A stretch of 62,406 nt of DNA, the filler included, from Chiloscyllium plagiosum (Eukaryota): the NCBI RefSeq assembly GCF_004010195.1. It is 4 parts of one record of this genome, joined end to end, with 100 filler letters (N's around TTAATTAATTAA, not from the genome) between each part and the next. Parts side by side here need not be neighbours in the genome. Positions count along the whole stretch, not along the records: positions 17,753 to 44,767 come from NC_057712.1; positions 44,868 to 56,869 come from NC_057712.1; 2 more parts are not named here. One strand, given 5' to 3'. A model generated the notes under the pieces. It saw only the letters and a list, made by a program, of their open reading frames with translations. It made no database searches and was not told the DNA's origin. Positions 39,246-52,145 of this stretch are shown one piece after another; the stretch's first letter is position 1; each line of letters opens with the position of its first letter. Position numbers and translations under genes: made by a program.

Positions 39246-39861
39246 TGGTTGATTTTAAGCTGCTTGACTTTTCAGGTCAGCTGAAAGGCCTTTTTCCTGT
39301 TTCTTTTTGATTGTGGTTTTACTTGTTTCCAGCAAGAGGCAGAGATTTCCTTTCTTTTTTTACCTGCAATACAGGAACAATTCATGATTTGCTCAGCTGT
39401 GACCTTCACAGCACACACCTTTTCCCACAAGTGCATTTCAATCCTTCCTGTTGTGTATTCTTGAAAGGGTAAAATACAAACATGCCTGTTATTTACAACA
39501 TTATTCATAGGAGATACCTTCTCAGCAGAAAGCTAGTTGCCAGCCCCTCATTATCTCTTTTTAGCCACAGGGATCACTTTCCACTTTGTCTTGACTTGCC
39601 ACTCTCCCTTTGAAGGGTTATTGTTTCAACTTCCCTTTGCACATTTAGGTGTGACATTCCAGATTCCCATTCAGACACCCGCTGATTTTGTGTACACAAT
39701 CATCTTTAGGCTGTTTGTTCAATTTTTAAAAATTACTTGCTGTATTTAAAAGTGTAATAAGTATGCATGGTTCTGATTTGTTATCATGCCAAGATGAAAA
39801 TCTAAATTGGTATGGTCTTCTGCAAAACTATTTCAACATTGCCAACGTATAAGTGGTGTAG

Positions 39862-40097
39862 GAGGATAAAGTGAGGATTGCAGATGCAGGAGATCAGAGC
39901 TGAAAATGTGTTGCTGGAAAAGCGCAGCAGGTCAGGCAGCATCCAAGGAACAGGAGAATCGACGTTTCGGGCATAAGCCCTTCTTCAGGAATGAGCCTCA
40001 TTCTTGAAGAAGGGCTTATGCCCGAAACGTCGATTCTCCTGTTCCTTGGATGCTGCCTGACCTGCTGCGCTTTTCCAGCAACATATTTTCAGCTCAG
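39862..40097. mobile_element. PLE family A palindromic mini-element
   Basis: Arms of about 100 bp, nearly perfectly inverted. TSD GTATAAGTGGTGTAG at 39847-39861 and 40098-40112. Intact minus-strand hammerhead motif at 39961-39988. Confidence 0.9.
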
Positions 40098-40139
40098 GTA
40101 TAAGTGGTGTAGCACTAGTTTATCAGGAAGCAGAGCAAA

Positions 40140-40912
40140 CAACTGAGTGCTTTGGGTCAATTCCCATATTTTGTGAGTTTCTTCTCAGTGAGTGCAGATG
40201 TTAACAATGAAATTCAGCACTGCCTCCAATATATCAGGGCAACCTTTGGCCAGCTGAGGAACAGACTGTTTATGACAAAGATCTCAAGCCCAACACAAAG
40301 CTCACAGTTTATAGAGCAGCAGAAAACTTTGGAGGTATGGACGTTGTATCTCAGACACCCTACTTCCTCGAAAATTATGACCAGAGAATTTGTGAACTCC
40401 TGCAAATCCACTGGAAGGCAGGAGCTTTAACATCTGTAATCTGCCTAAAGTTAACTTCCCCAGCATTGAGGCGCTGGTTGTGATTAGTCAACCGTATTGG
40501 GCAGACTACATTTTCTATATGACTGACTTCCAAAAGAAGCTCTGTACTCTCAGCGTTGTCATGACGAGTGATTATCAGGAGGACAGAGGAAACAATATCC
40601 TTAAAGGCCCATTGAAAAAAATGAAACATCCTCCCTGACTCATGGCACTTTCTAGCCCAAGGTTGCCTAAAACTAGAGAAGATTCCATAAAGTTGTCAGC
40701 CACCTCCAATATCGTGGACAAGCCCAGATGAAAGCCAAGTTGTAAAAAATATAAGAAGCATGTGAAACCTTGAGGATTTCACTACTTGCCGCTTCAAACA
40801 CCACCTGCCCTGTCTGCAGATCCAGCTTTGGACCATTTAGTTACTTCAGGACCCACAATACTGGAGTAGAAAAAAGTCATTTTGATCTCCAAGGGACCAC
40901 CTAAGAAGAAAA
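40140..40912 (+). mobile_element. RTE-clade (BovB-like) LINE 3' fragment
   Basis: FPYF...SADVNNEIQHCLQYIRATFGQLRNRLF, then DLKPNTKLTVYRA in a shifted frame. Decayed 3' end with AAGAAGAA. Confidence 0.7.
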
Positions 40913-42354
40913 TAAGCATTTCATTATCTACATTAGCTAAGGAATTACATATTACCTTAAGATGATTTTATAAATCTTGAACTTTGTACATTGATGGGAA
41001 AAATACCAAGAATGTTAAAAAAAGGGATGTAACTAAAGGAAGGAAAGACTATATATATATTTATATTTAGAAGGTATGGCACTTCATCTTTTTTTAAGTT
41101 TTAATCACAAAGTCATTATTTCTTCTGTGTTTTTATTACGAACATCATTAATGGGAAGTGGGTGCTAGCAAGGACAGCATTTCTTGTCTTTTACATCTGA
41201 TAAGAGATTTGCATTATACAATTAAGTTTAGATTCAGTTAAAATTTTCTGTTGTTTTTTTTCTTCAGTCTCAGAGTTAATAGGTTTGACCCTAAATTCTG
41301 GATTTGTTTGTCACAAAATAAATACAATTTATGGTTATTGATTCTGCAAAATTTATGAGCAAGCTATCAGTCCATGCTAGTTCTTTGTTAAGCAATCCAG
41401 TCAGTTCCACTTCCCAGTTTATCTTCATAGCTCTGTAAGTTTATTTTCCTCAAGTGTATGTCCAATTTCCTTCTGAATCTCTGCTTTGATCACTCTTGCA
41501 GATCACAAATTCCGTTATAACCATTTGTGTCATAAAGCCATTCTTCCTCACAAACTCCATATCTCTTATACAAAATCTTAAATCCATGCACCTTGTTCCA
41601 TCAGCTAATGGGAAGCTAATTGTTAGAACCAGAGCACATCTATCATAGCTCACCTCAATCTCCTTTAGCTGTGATGTGAAAGTTCTCACCCTTTTCAACC
41701 TCATCATTGTCAACTGTCCCTCAATCCAAGCATTGAATTCTGTACATTCAAAATTAGAAATTTCTGCAATGGGTCTTCATATGATTGAGGCTGAATGATC
41801 CACAAGGCAGAGGGGGTCCAAAGTGCAGAATTTGCTTTCCATTTCTGTCAATGCTTTGTCTCAACAATAAAACATTGTGAAGCAAAATGTGATACAGCTT
41901 GATGGACATCTTGCTGCCATTTTGAATGTTTGGGAGCAAGTTTCTCCCTGCTATGTTCTAACCCTTTCCCTCCAAACTCTGTCCTTCATCCCTGCATCCA
42001 TTCTAGCAAATTTCCTCTGCACTGTCTCAAGAACTAGTAAGATTTTTAAAAGTATATATTTTTCCATAGGATCTACCCATCCCTAATTATTTTGATAAGG
42101 TAGTTGTAAGCGATCATACTGAATCATTGCAGCTCATCCATCTGGTGTAAGTAATCTTAGTGCCGCTCAAAAGAGGTTCCATGATTTGGACCCAGCGACT
42201 GTGAAGGAATGACGGTTTAATTTCAGGTCAAGACAGTATGCTACATTGGCAGAAACTTGTAATTGGTGTTCCGATGCACCTCCTATCTTTATCTGCTTGA
42301 TGGTGGAGAAAGCAGGTTTCTAATTTTTTTTCCTTCTCTTCCTTTGTTTAGTCC

Positions 42355-44487
42355 TGTGCAGGCTTTCAGAGTAGCAGAATATGGATGTTAAGGCAGTTGC
42401 ATGTTCCTCCTGCAGAATGTGGCAGGTGAGAGACACTTGTCATGTCTTTGCCAACTATATCTGTGGGAAGTGTACCCAACTCCATCTCCTCGAAAACCGA
42501 GTTAGGGAACTGGAGCTGGAGCTGGATGAACTACAGAGGCTGAGGGAGAAATTGAGAGGATGTACAGGGAGGTGGCCACTCCTCAGAAACAGGATAAGGA
42601 CGGTTGGGTTACAGTCATGGGGAAGAAAGGGAACCAATGGTCAGAGCAGGGATCCCTTGTGACCGTTCCCCTCAGCAATAAGTATATCGTTTTGGATACT
42701 GCTGGTGGGGACGGCCTATCAGGGGAAAACCATAGTTGTCAGGTCTCTGGCACTAGTGGTAGGGGATTCAATAGTTAGACAGATTGACAGGAGAGTTTGT
42801 GGTCAGGAATGGAACTCCAGAAGATATGTTACCTCCCCGGTGCCAGGGTCTGGGATGTTGCCGATCGGGTTTACAGGATTCTGAAGGGGGAGGGAGAGCA
42901 GCCAGAAATCATGGTACATATTGGCACCAATGATATAACCAGGAAAGGGATTGAGGATCTGAAACGTGACTACAGACAGTTAGGTTGGAAGCTGAAGAGC
43001 AGGACGAGTACAGTAGTGACTTCAGGTTTGCCTCAGGTGCCACGAGATAGTGAAGTGAGGAGCAGTCAGCGAGTGTAGCTTAACACATGACGGTGACGCT
43101 GGTGCAGGAGGGAGGGCTTCAGATACCTAGACCATTGGGATACCTTCTGGGGAAGGTGGGACCTGTACATGAAGGATAGGTTGCATCTGAACTGGAGGGG
43201 CACAAATGTCCTGGGTGGGAGATTTGCTCATGTGGTTCGGGCGGGTTTAAACTAGTTTGGCAGGGGGTGGGAATCAGAGTCACAATCTGAGAGGGGGGCA
43301 GTTGCAGATGAGGCAGTGACAGGAGGTAGTGAATCTATCTGTAAGGTTTCTCACGTGATGAAACAAAAGGATCAGTTAAAGTGTGTCTGCTTTAACGCAA
43401 GGAATGTCAGAAGTAAAAGTGACAAACTTAGAGCATGGATCAGTACTTGGGGCTATGATGTTGTGGCCATAATGGAGATGTGGGTTTCACAGGGGCAGGA
43501 ATGGTTTCTTGATGTTCCAGGGTTTAAAACGTTTAAAAAGAACAGAAAGGGTGGAAAAAGAGCATGGGGAGTGCATCGCAACTACAGAAATGAAGGTTGT
43601 TGAGGAAGGTTTGTCTACTGAGTCAGTATAGGTGGAAGTTAGGAACAGCAAGGGAACAGCCACTGCATTGGGGGTCTTCTACAGATCAGGGATATGTAGG
43701 GAACTTGTGCGTGGAGTCTGAACAGATAGGGGAAGCCCTAAACGAGTTTTTTGCTTTGGTTTTCACTAAGGAAAGGGACCTTGTTGTGAATGAGAACTTT
43801 GAGGAGCTGGGATACAGTCTTGACCAGATCAAGATTAATGAAGTTGATATGCTGGAAATTTTGGCAAACATTAAGATTGATAAGTCCCCAGGGCCAAACC
43901 AGATTTATCGTAGGCTGCTCCAGGAAGCGATAAAGGAGATTGCTAAGCTGCTGGCAAAGATCTTTGCCTCCTTACTCTCCACACGAGTCATACCGGAGGA
44001 TTGGAAGGAGGTGAATGTTGTTCCTCTTTTCAAGAAGGGTAATAGGGAAATCCCTGGCAATTACAGACCAGTCAGTCTTACATCTGTGAAGTTTTGGAAA
44101 GAATTCTGAGGAATAGGATTTATGAATATTTGGCAAAGCATAGCTTGATTAAAGACAGTCAGCATGGCTTTGTGAGGGGCAGGTCATGCCTCACAAATCT
44201 TATTCAGTTCTTTGAGGAGGTGACAAGACAGGTTGACGAAGGTCGAGCAATGTATGTGGTGTATATGGACTTCAGCAAGGCATTTGATAAAGTTCCCCAT
44301 GTTAGGCTCATTCATAAAGTCAGGAAGTATGGGATACAGGAAGATTTGGCTATTTGGATTCTGAATTGGTTGGCTGACAGAAGGCAGAGTGGTTGTAGAT
44401 GGAAAGTATTCTGCCTGGAGGTCAATATTGAGTGGGGTCCTGCAGGGCTCTGTTCCTGGGCCTCTGCTCTTTGTAGTTTTTATAAAT
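42355..44487 (+). mobile_element. CR1 LINE: ORF1, start of endonuclease, internal deletion, RT; interrupted by a PLE
   Basis: MDVKAVACSSCRMW...YICGKC, VHIGTNDI, LKCVCFNARNVRSK and DKSPGPNQI...NYRPVSLTS...MDFSKAFDKVPH. Sequence jumps from endonuclease to pre-RT at about 43686. Confidence 0.9.
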
Positions 44488-44488
44488 G

Positions 44489-45370
44489 GGGAGAAAGTGA
44501 GGTCTGCAGATGCTGGAGATCAGAGCTGGAAATGTGTTGCTGGAAAAGCGCAGCAGGTCAGGCAGCATCCAGGGAACAGGAGAATCGACGTTTCGGGCAT
44601 AAGCCCTTCTTCAGGAATGAGAAAAGTTTGTCCAGCAGGCTAAGATAAAAGGTAGGGAGGAAGGACTTGGGGGAGGGGCGTCGGAAATGTGATAGGTGGA
44701 AAGAGGTCAAGGTGAGGGTGAAAGGTCAGACTGGGGTGGGGGCGGAGAGGGCGGGAAGAAGATTGCANNNNNNNNNNNNNNNNNNNNNNNNNNNNNNNNN
44801 NNNNNNNNNNNTTAATTAATTAANNNNNNNNNNNNNNNNNNNNNNNNNNNNNNNNNNNNNNNNNNNNGGAATGCTGGTAGGGGAGGGGAGGGAAATATAT
44901 CCTTGGTGGTGGGGTCCGGGGAGGGGTGGCGGAAATGGCGGCGGATGATGCGCTGTACATGGAGGTTAGTGGGGTGGTAGGTGAGGACCAGTGGGGTTCT
45001 GTCCTGGTGGCGATTGGAGGGGCGGGGCTCAAGGGCGGAGGTGCAGGAAGTGGAGGAGATGCATTGTTGACTATGGGGGGAAATTGCGGTCTTTGAAGAA
45101 GGAGGCCATCTGGATTGTTTGGTATTGGAACTGGTCCTCCTGGGAGCAGATGCGGCGGAGACGAAGGAATTGGGAATATGGGATGGCGTTTTTACAGGGG
45201 GCAGGGTGGGAGGAGGTGTAGTCTAAGTAGCTGTGGGAGTTGGTCGGTTTATAGTCCATGTCCGTGTTGATTCGGTAGCCCGAGATAGAAATGGAGAGGT
45301 CTGGGAAGGGGAGGGAGGAGTCTGAGACGGTCCAGGTAAATTTGAGGTCGGGGTGGAAGGTGTTAGTAAA
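44489..45370 (-). mobile_element. PLE family A, longer fragment with RT C-terminus and terminal repeat; spans a spacer
   Basis: DYKPTNSHSYLDYTSSHPAPCKNAIPYSQFLRLRRICS is the Penelope RT thumb region. Intact hammerhead motif at 44587-44614 (-). Confidence 0.9.
44768..44867. other. Artificial 100-bp scaffolding spacer
   Basis: 44N-TTAATTAATTAA-44N. Confidence 0.95.
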
Positions 45371-46389
45371 ACTATCTTATCAAGGGCAACAATAGATGGG
45401 CAATAAATGCTGGCCAGCAAAAAATGCTCACATTCCAAGCACCACTGGATTAACAGTCTAATGTAAATACTACTAAGCCATTGCCTTCTTGTAAAAGCTG
45501 TCTGAAGCTTTCAGTTCCTTTGAAATGTCTCGTTTGGCTTTGCAAAGCACGCTGCTGCATTTTGTCAGGTTTTGTACAACAGATCACAGCAAATAGCACT
45601 TTGCACCTCATCTCAAAACTTTAGGCTGGGAATAGAAGTTTCAACCAAGACTTCCAAAGTTAGTCAAGAACATTACAATTTCTTACACATTATATTTTTT
45701 TCTTAAATTATTTCTTTTGAAACAGAACAATCGAGTGAACCTCTCTCACACAGTGTAAGTAAACAATTTTCTTTGTTTTAAAAATGCTGAAAAATAAAAT
45801 AGAGGCCATGCTGGAACTGCCAAGAGAGTAGTTGGACTAACATTTCACGGATAAGGAAAAAACTTACATTTGAAACATTAAGCTGCCAACATTGATGCAT
45901 TCCTAGTATCTTCTGTTCCTGTTTTGATCTTTGTATTCATTTTGGTTGTCTTTGACTGTTTAATTTCAGAAAGACATTTTCAGCACAATGGAGAGACTTT
46001 TAAAGCTGGGGTTGTTCCCTTAGAATGAAGAATGTTAAAAAAAAAGTAATAGGAACATAAAAATACCAGGAATTTTTTTTTAAACAGAGTTAATAAGAAG
46101 ATTTCCAACAGTAGGGTGGAAAGTGACACAAATTTCTTGTAATTGCCAGAAAACGCAGACAACCTGCAAAAGGTTTTTGTATGTAGTGAATTATTGTAAA
46201 CTGGAATGCATCACCTGAAAACAAAATGGAAACAGATTCCATAATAATATGTACACATAACTATTTGCAAGTAATTGGAAATAAATAATATGGATATGGG
46301 AAAGAGCCAGGGAACAGCATTTACTGCATAGTTCTACCAAAAAGATAGTGCAAGCACAATAGATTGAATAAAATCATTTAATAATCCCA

Positions 46390-47567
46390 ACTGAAAAGGA
46401 ACCCTTTGGCTAATCACATTCATGCTGAAATAAGCTTTTACTTTGTTTTATCTTTAACAATTCCTTGATATTCAGTCTTGGCGTCACAAGTGTACATCTA
46501 AATTCTTAAATGTTATGAGAGTTTCTGCCTCTACCACCTTTACAGGCAGTGAATTCTAGATTTCAACCCCCCCCCACCCCCAACACTCTGAGTGAAAATG
46601 ATTTTTTTTTCACATTCCCTCTAAACCTTCTGCCCCTTAAATCTATGCCCCTTGCTCATTGATCCCTTCACCATGGGGAAAGGTTCATTCCTGTCTACCC
46701 TGTTAGTGGCCCTCATAAATTTTAAATCTAAATCATGTCCCTCCCTCAGTTTGCCCTGCTCCAACAAAAACTACTCCAATCCATCCAATCTCTTTTCATA
46801 ACTAAAACTCTCCAGCCTGGTAAATCTTCTCCACATCCTCTCCAGTTATCACATCCCTCCATAGTATGGATTCCAGAAATCACTCAATAATCTAGCTGTT
46901 GACTAACTAATTTTATACAATTCCAGCATAACCTCACTACTGTTAAACTTTATGCTTTGGCCAAAAAAGGTAAATACCTCATATGCCTCCAAAATCACTT
47001 TGTCCATCTGGCCCACTCTGTTAAATGATTGATGTACATACACACCAAAGTCTCTCTGAATCTCGGTGCTTCCCAGGGCCCTACTTTTCTGTCCTGCCCA
47101 AACGCTTCATCTCACACTTATCCAGATTGAATTCCATTTGCCACTGATCAGCCCATCTGACCAGTCTGCACATATCCTCTTGTAATTTACTATATCCTCC
47201 TCACCATCCCACCCAGTTTTGCATCATCTGTGAGCTTATTGATCAACCTTTCTATGTTCAAGTCTAAATTGTTTATATGTAACACAAACAGCAAGGGGCC
47301 CCCACACCAATTCCATGGAACCCCACTGGACACAGGCTTCCAGTCACAAAAACACCCCTTGAATATTACCCTCTGATTCCAGCCATGCAGCCAACTCTAG
47401 GTAAAACTTCCTTGGATCCTCTGCATTTTCAACCTTTGCTGTCTATCTCCAATGTGTGGCCTTATCAATAGGCTTCATGAAGTCCAATTGAATTACATCA
47501 AAACTGTTGCCCTCATCTACACGTCTGGTCACCTCTTTGAAAAATTCAAGCGAGTTGGTCAGTCAGA
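46390..47567 (-). mobile_element. Old CR1 LINE RT/3' end
   Basis: Reverse complement contains GACTGGAAGCCTGTGTCCAGTGGGGTTCCA, CAGTGGCAAATGGAATTCAATCTGGATAAGTGTGAG and a CR1 3' region. Confidence 0.8.
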
Positions 47568-47583
47568 ACCTCCACTTAACCTC

Positions 47584-47713
47584 ATAGTAGCAAATTATTG
47601 CAGATGTTGGAATCTGTACTGAAAACGAAAATTGCTGCAGATCACAGCAGGTCAGGCAGCATCCATGGAGGGAGTGTAAGCTAACGTTTCCAGTCCAGAC
47701 AACTCTTCATCAG
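47584..47713 (-). mobile_element. PLE family D short insertion
   Basis: Starts at CTGATGA (47713) and runs ...GAAACGTT-agct. TSD ACCTCCACTTAACCTC at 47568-47583 and 47714-47729. Confidence 0.8.
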
Positions 47714-48399
47714 ACCTCCACTTAACCTCTCATGATAAGACTGTTTGTCCATATGTGGTTCTAGGCTAGTGAACATTTGGCTAGTATGAACTGGATTAAA
47801 TTCAGGTATAGATTTTATAGATAACAGGTCCAAAACAGTTCTAAGTATTCCAGCTGTGGTCTGACTAATGCCTTGTATAATTTTAGCAAACTCTCCCTAC
47901 TTTTACATTTCATTCCCTTTGAAATAAAGACCAAGATTCCATTTACCTTCCCTATTACCTGTTAAACTTGGATGCTAACTTTTTGAGATTCATGCACAAG
48001 GGGTCCCAAATCCATTTTCTGTAAGGCAAAGTGTAAGTTTTGAAGTCTTCAACAATAAAACGATTTTAAATAATTTATAGAATCATGGTAATTAATAGAA
48101 TTGCGAAATAATGTTTAAACGTGTAAAGATGTAACAATGTTTGCTCAATGCAAACATCCCAAGCTCAGCTCTATCTACTCACTGTCTCAGTCACCCCTGG
48201 GAATGACCCAGTAGCTGAAGAATGTAACAAAAGGCGTTGGCCCAGTTACAGTGCTGTGCAGTGCCATGAGCAGCAAAGGGGCTAACATCTGGCCAGCGTT
48301 CACCTACAAAACTGCGGCCACCAAGTCGAACCCCTCTTTCTCGCCCTGGTCTCAATGTGTGTACAGATGCATCCAAATAAAATCATAAACTCAACATGT

Positions 48400-49100
48400 T
48401 GTCAAAATCAACAACTGGCCTCTGCCTCAGCCTGTTTGCTGGTGGGAATGATTGACGGGGTGTTGAGCCAATGCGAGGCTGGGGAAGCTGAGAGCCCCGG
48501 CCAGGAGGTGGAATCAGCGCTGAGCCGAGGAGCAGCAGTGAGGGCGGTGGGACTGACTGACAGTGGAAGGAGCTGTGTCTGCATTTATCACTGACTGCCT
48601 GCCTGAAATCGTGGCAAACTTGGACTTGAGACAGCGATGGTAAGTCCGTCCAAAAATGGAAGGAGAGCAAGTGGCAACTGCAACCAATTGCATTTTATTG
48701 GTGTTTGCCCGTACTATTCAGGCTTTCCGGAAAATTAACTAAAAAAAATGGGCTGAGGTTATTTTTTTTGTCGTCACTGAGTGGAGTTTTCTTCAGATGC
48801 GAGTCCCCTGTATTCGGCATACAGTCCTCATGCAGCGTTTGCTGGGCTAGGATTGAGCAGGCACAGATCACGATAGTGCTCAAACTGTCTCTATTGTTCG
48901 GCTTGGAAAGTCAAAGCGTTGCTATGGTTCGGGTACATGAGAAATTGGCATTTACCCAGAGGAAGCGGCTTGTCAGTGCAGGAGGGAGGAGTTCTGGCGA
49001 AATACGGCGCTGGCTTTTGTATTATTATGCATTCCCCCCCCCCTTTCCGTGTAAGTGAAAATCAGGACTGCAAATTTACCGGTATATAACTTTCAAAAAT
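48400..49100 (+). promoter_or_regulatory. CpG-enriched promoter-like region
   Basis: No repeat recognised. GC and CpG content are elevated against the CpG-poor flanks. CCAAT at 48468-48472 and GC box GGGCGG at 48542-48547 lie upstream of an ATG plus consensus donor. Confidence 0.65.
48637..48639 (+). CDS. Putative first coding exon contributing only the start ATG (phase 0)
   Basis: acagcgATG|GTAAGT: purine at -3, consensus donor, and no other ATG between the CCAAT box and this one. Gene identity is unproven. Confidence 0.55.
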
Positions 49101-50385
49101 CAATTTTGTCTAAAGTCAGCCTGCAAAAGAGCTAACAAAACGCAACGGTTTTTTTTCTTTGAAACTTTCCTTGCTTTCTCTTAGTTCTTGACTTAACCCC
49201 TTTCTACTGCGTGAATTTCTTGGTATTTCTCACTCTAAGACCACAACTGTGCGCACATATTTTCAGCATGTAGCTAAAATATCCCTTTTCAATTCAAGAT
49301 TTATTGCTTCTTTTTGACCTTTTTATAAAAGGTACAACCCAGAGCTCTCCGGTTCTTGATATTCAAATAATTCTTTCATAGGTAGTCAACATTGTGAAAA
49401 CAATTTTCTTCCTATGTACTGCATATTATATGCAAGCCTCTTGGCAAATAAACGGTGCTGATAACTCTCAAGGTCAGCTCAGATAAGATGGTGAATTTAA
49501 ATTTGGAGGCATAAAATCAGTACAATAACAATTCCGATACAATTTCAACTGGCACCGTGACAGTGTCTGTCATCACTAATAGTTTGCTGAGTGTTTTGCA
49601 AAGAATTTTGTAAGAATTTGAGGTGCTAGTGTATTTGGGTGAAAAATTAGGCTAAACTCTGAAGATCAGATTTCTTTAGGCTGTTCAATTTATTAGCAAG
49701 TTGGAACAATGTATTCAGCAACCAAGAAGGTACATTACACCAGTAACCTTGTTCTGTTGGCAACTATTACAATTCCTCAATATTAAAATAGATGCAATTT
49801 GATTTGTATGATTGCATTTCAATGGGTGTAAATGATATAGTTACCACAAAGATATAAATTACCTAAAGCAGTGCTTTTCATTATACATTCTGTCATATTG
49901 TCAATATTTCTTAAAGCTCTTCAGCTTGGGCTACATATACTTGAGGTCATTTAAAAACTCTGTCACAGTAATTAGGAGTTCAAATTTATTTTTGTGTATT
50001 CTAGAAAATGGTTTTTGCTCTGTATGGCACCATGCCATGCTGCTGGTGAGCTGCCAAGCTTAAGTCAAGCAATTCCATAGTAGGAAAGAGAAACCTGAAT
50101 ACTTCAATATTCTGTGTCACATTGGCACATTGCCTAAAAGCAAGCTATGGAGTGATAATGTCTTCAGGAAAGTTCTATATTTGCCCTCTCAGTTGAATGA
50201 TTGATGAAATATGTAAAGCCAAAAATGAAAATGTAAGTTTCAAGTGCGGCTTCTATGCGTTAATTTCCTAATATGTTTTGAATTACTTGTTTAAATTATT
50301 TTTCTGCACTATTTTCTATTTTCTCTCTAATGTGACCAGTCAGTCTACTCCCAAGCTGCTGATCTTCAATAACAACTCTGAGAAG

Positions 50386-50589
50386 TGATTCGGAGATGCC
50401 GGTGTTGGACTGGGGTGTACAAAGTTAAAAATCACACAACACCAGGTTACATCACACTGCAAATTTTTGCTATAAATTCTGTGTTACGATCGAGCCCTCC
50501 ACAATCACCTGATGAAGGAGCGTCGCTCCGAAAGCTAGTATGCTTCCAATTAAACGTGTTGGACTATAACCTGGTGTTGTGTGATTTTT
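50386..50589. mobile_element. PLE family B fold-back insertion with hammerhead motif (50509-50537, +)
   Basis: cac-CTGATGA-A-GGAGC(GTC)GCTCC-GAAA-GC-TA. TSD AACTCTGAGAAG at 50374-50385 and 50590-50601. Confidence 0.85.
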
Positions 50590-50759
50590 AACTCTGAGAA
50601 GGTTTATGATGTAGTAATGTGGTGATTTTTAACTCTGAGAAGGTTTATGATGTAGTAATGTGTTGTCAGTTATTCCTTAAAATAACCACCCTGTGATTAG
50701 TGTTCCGTTTTACTCCCCAGTATAAATTTGACGTCATTCAAAACTCTGTCACAAAAGTC

Positions 50760-51570
50760 CTAATTTGTACTATTCCGAATTCACCCTGAGACCCCAGGCT
50801 CATCTGACCTACTTTGACTGCTGATTTAGCTATGCTCTGATATTAAATTGTCATCTTATCTGCAGCCTTTGAAATGGTTGACCACATCACCCTTCTCAAA
50901 CACTACTCCACTGATGTTTGGTTTAGAGTGGTGCTGGAAAAGCACAGCAGGTCAGGCAGCATCCGAGGAGCAGGAAAATTGAAGTTTCTGGCAAAAAGCC
51001 CTTCATTAGGAATAGAGCTTTTGTCCGAAGCGTCGATTTTCCTGCTCCTCGGATGTTGCCTGACCTGCTGTGTTTTTCCAGCACCACTCTAATCTAAACT
51101 CTGGTTTCCAGCATCTGCAGTCCTCACTTTTGCCTACCACTCCACTGATGTCAGGCTTGCTGAAAGCACACTTATCTGATTCCATTCTTGACCATCTAAT
51201 TACAGCCTGTGTTTCACTTACAAAGGTTTCTTCTCCTCCTCTGCAATATTACCTCTGATTTGCCCCTCGGATTGATCCATAGGTTCCTCCACTTTCTGAT
51301 CTAGGTATTGCTCATCAGCAACATCATGTTAGTTTCCATTTGTACACTAATAGCACAAAGTTATATCTGTCAACCACTGCACTCTACTGATCCACTCTTG
51401 ATAAATTATCTGACTTTCTTTCTGGCATCAAAATGCATAGAAGTATCAACACATCTTCCAGTTAAATATTATGAAATCTGAAGTAATTGCCTTTGTTCTG
51501 TGCTCCAAATTCTGTTACTTAAGACTCAACTCCAAACCTTTCCTTGGCAACAGTCCGAGACTAAACTAGT
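50760..51570 (+). mobile_element. L2-clade LINE RT fragment, decayed
   Basis: TTATCTGCAGCCTTTGAAATGGTTGACCAC = LSAAFEMVDH (L2 DLSAAFDTVDH motif), followed by FHLYTNSTKLYLS. Confidence 0.6.
50918..51138. mobile_element. PLE family A palindromic mini-element inside L2
   Basis: Inverted arms. TSD ACTCCACTGATGT at 50905-50917 and 51139-51151. Confidence 0.85.
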
Positions 51571-51639
51571 TGTATTACTGTGATCCGTACTTTCTTCAGG
51601 TAAGCAACTAACTGTGGAGATATGACAGTCTGGAATCCA

Positions 51640-52145
51640 TGTCATAGGAGGAATGTGATTGCATTGGAGAGGGTACAAAGGAGGTTCACCAGGATGTGCC
51701 TGGGCTGGAGAGTTTCAGTTATGGCAAGAGATTGAGCAGATTGGGGTTGTTTATCTTTGAAGCAGAGGAGACTAAAGGAGGACATGATTGAAATGTATAA
51801 AAATTCTAAGCAGTATAGATAGGGTAGACAGGAAGGAAGTTTTCACCTTGATGGAGGGATCAATGACCAGGGGCAGAGATTTAGGGCAAGGGGAAGAAGG
51901 TTTAGAGGGGATGTGAGGACAAACCTTTTCACCTGGAGGACTGTGGGAATCTGAAGCTCAATGTCTGTTAGGATGGGAGAGGCAGAAACCCTCATGACAT
52001 TTAGTAAGTATTTGGATAGGCATTTGCGATGCCAAGGCATTCAAGGCAATGGGCCAAGTACTAGAAAATGGGATTAGAGTAGTTAGGTGGCTTTAGATTG
52101 ATGTGGATGTAATGGGATGAAGGACTGTCTATTATCTATGACACT
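51640..52145 (+). mobile_element. CR1 3' fragment
   Basis: GCATTGGAGAGGGTACAAAGGAGGTTCACCAGGATG... followed by a CR1 tail. Confidence 0.8.

Noticed and set aside
48191..49058. Short ORFs of 61-117 aa around the promoter-like region
   Set aside because: No recognisable homology; expected by chance in GC-richer DNA.
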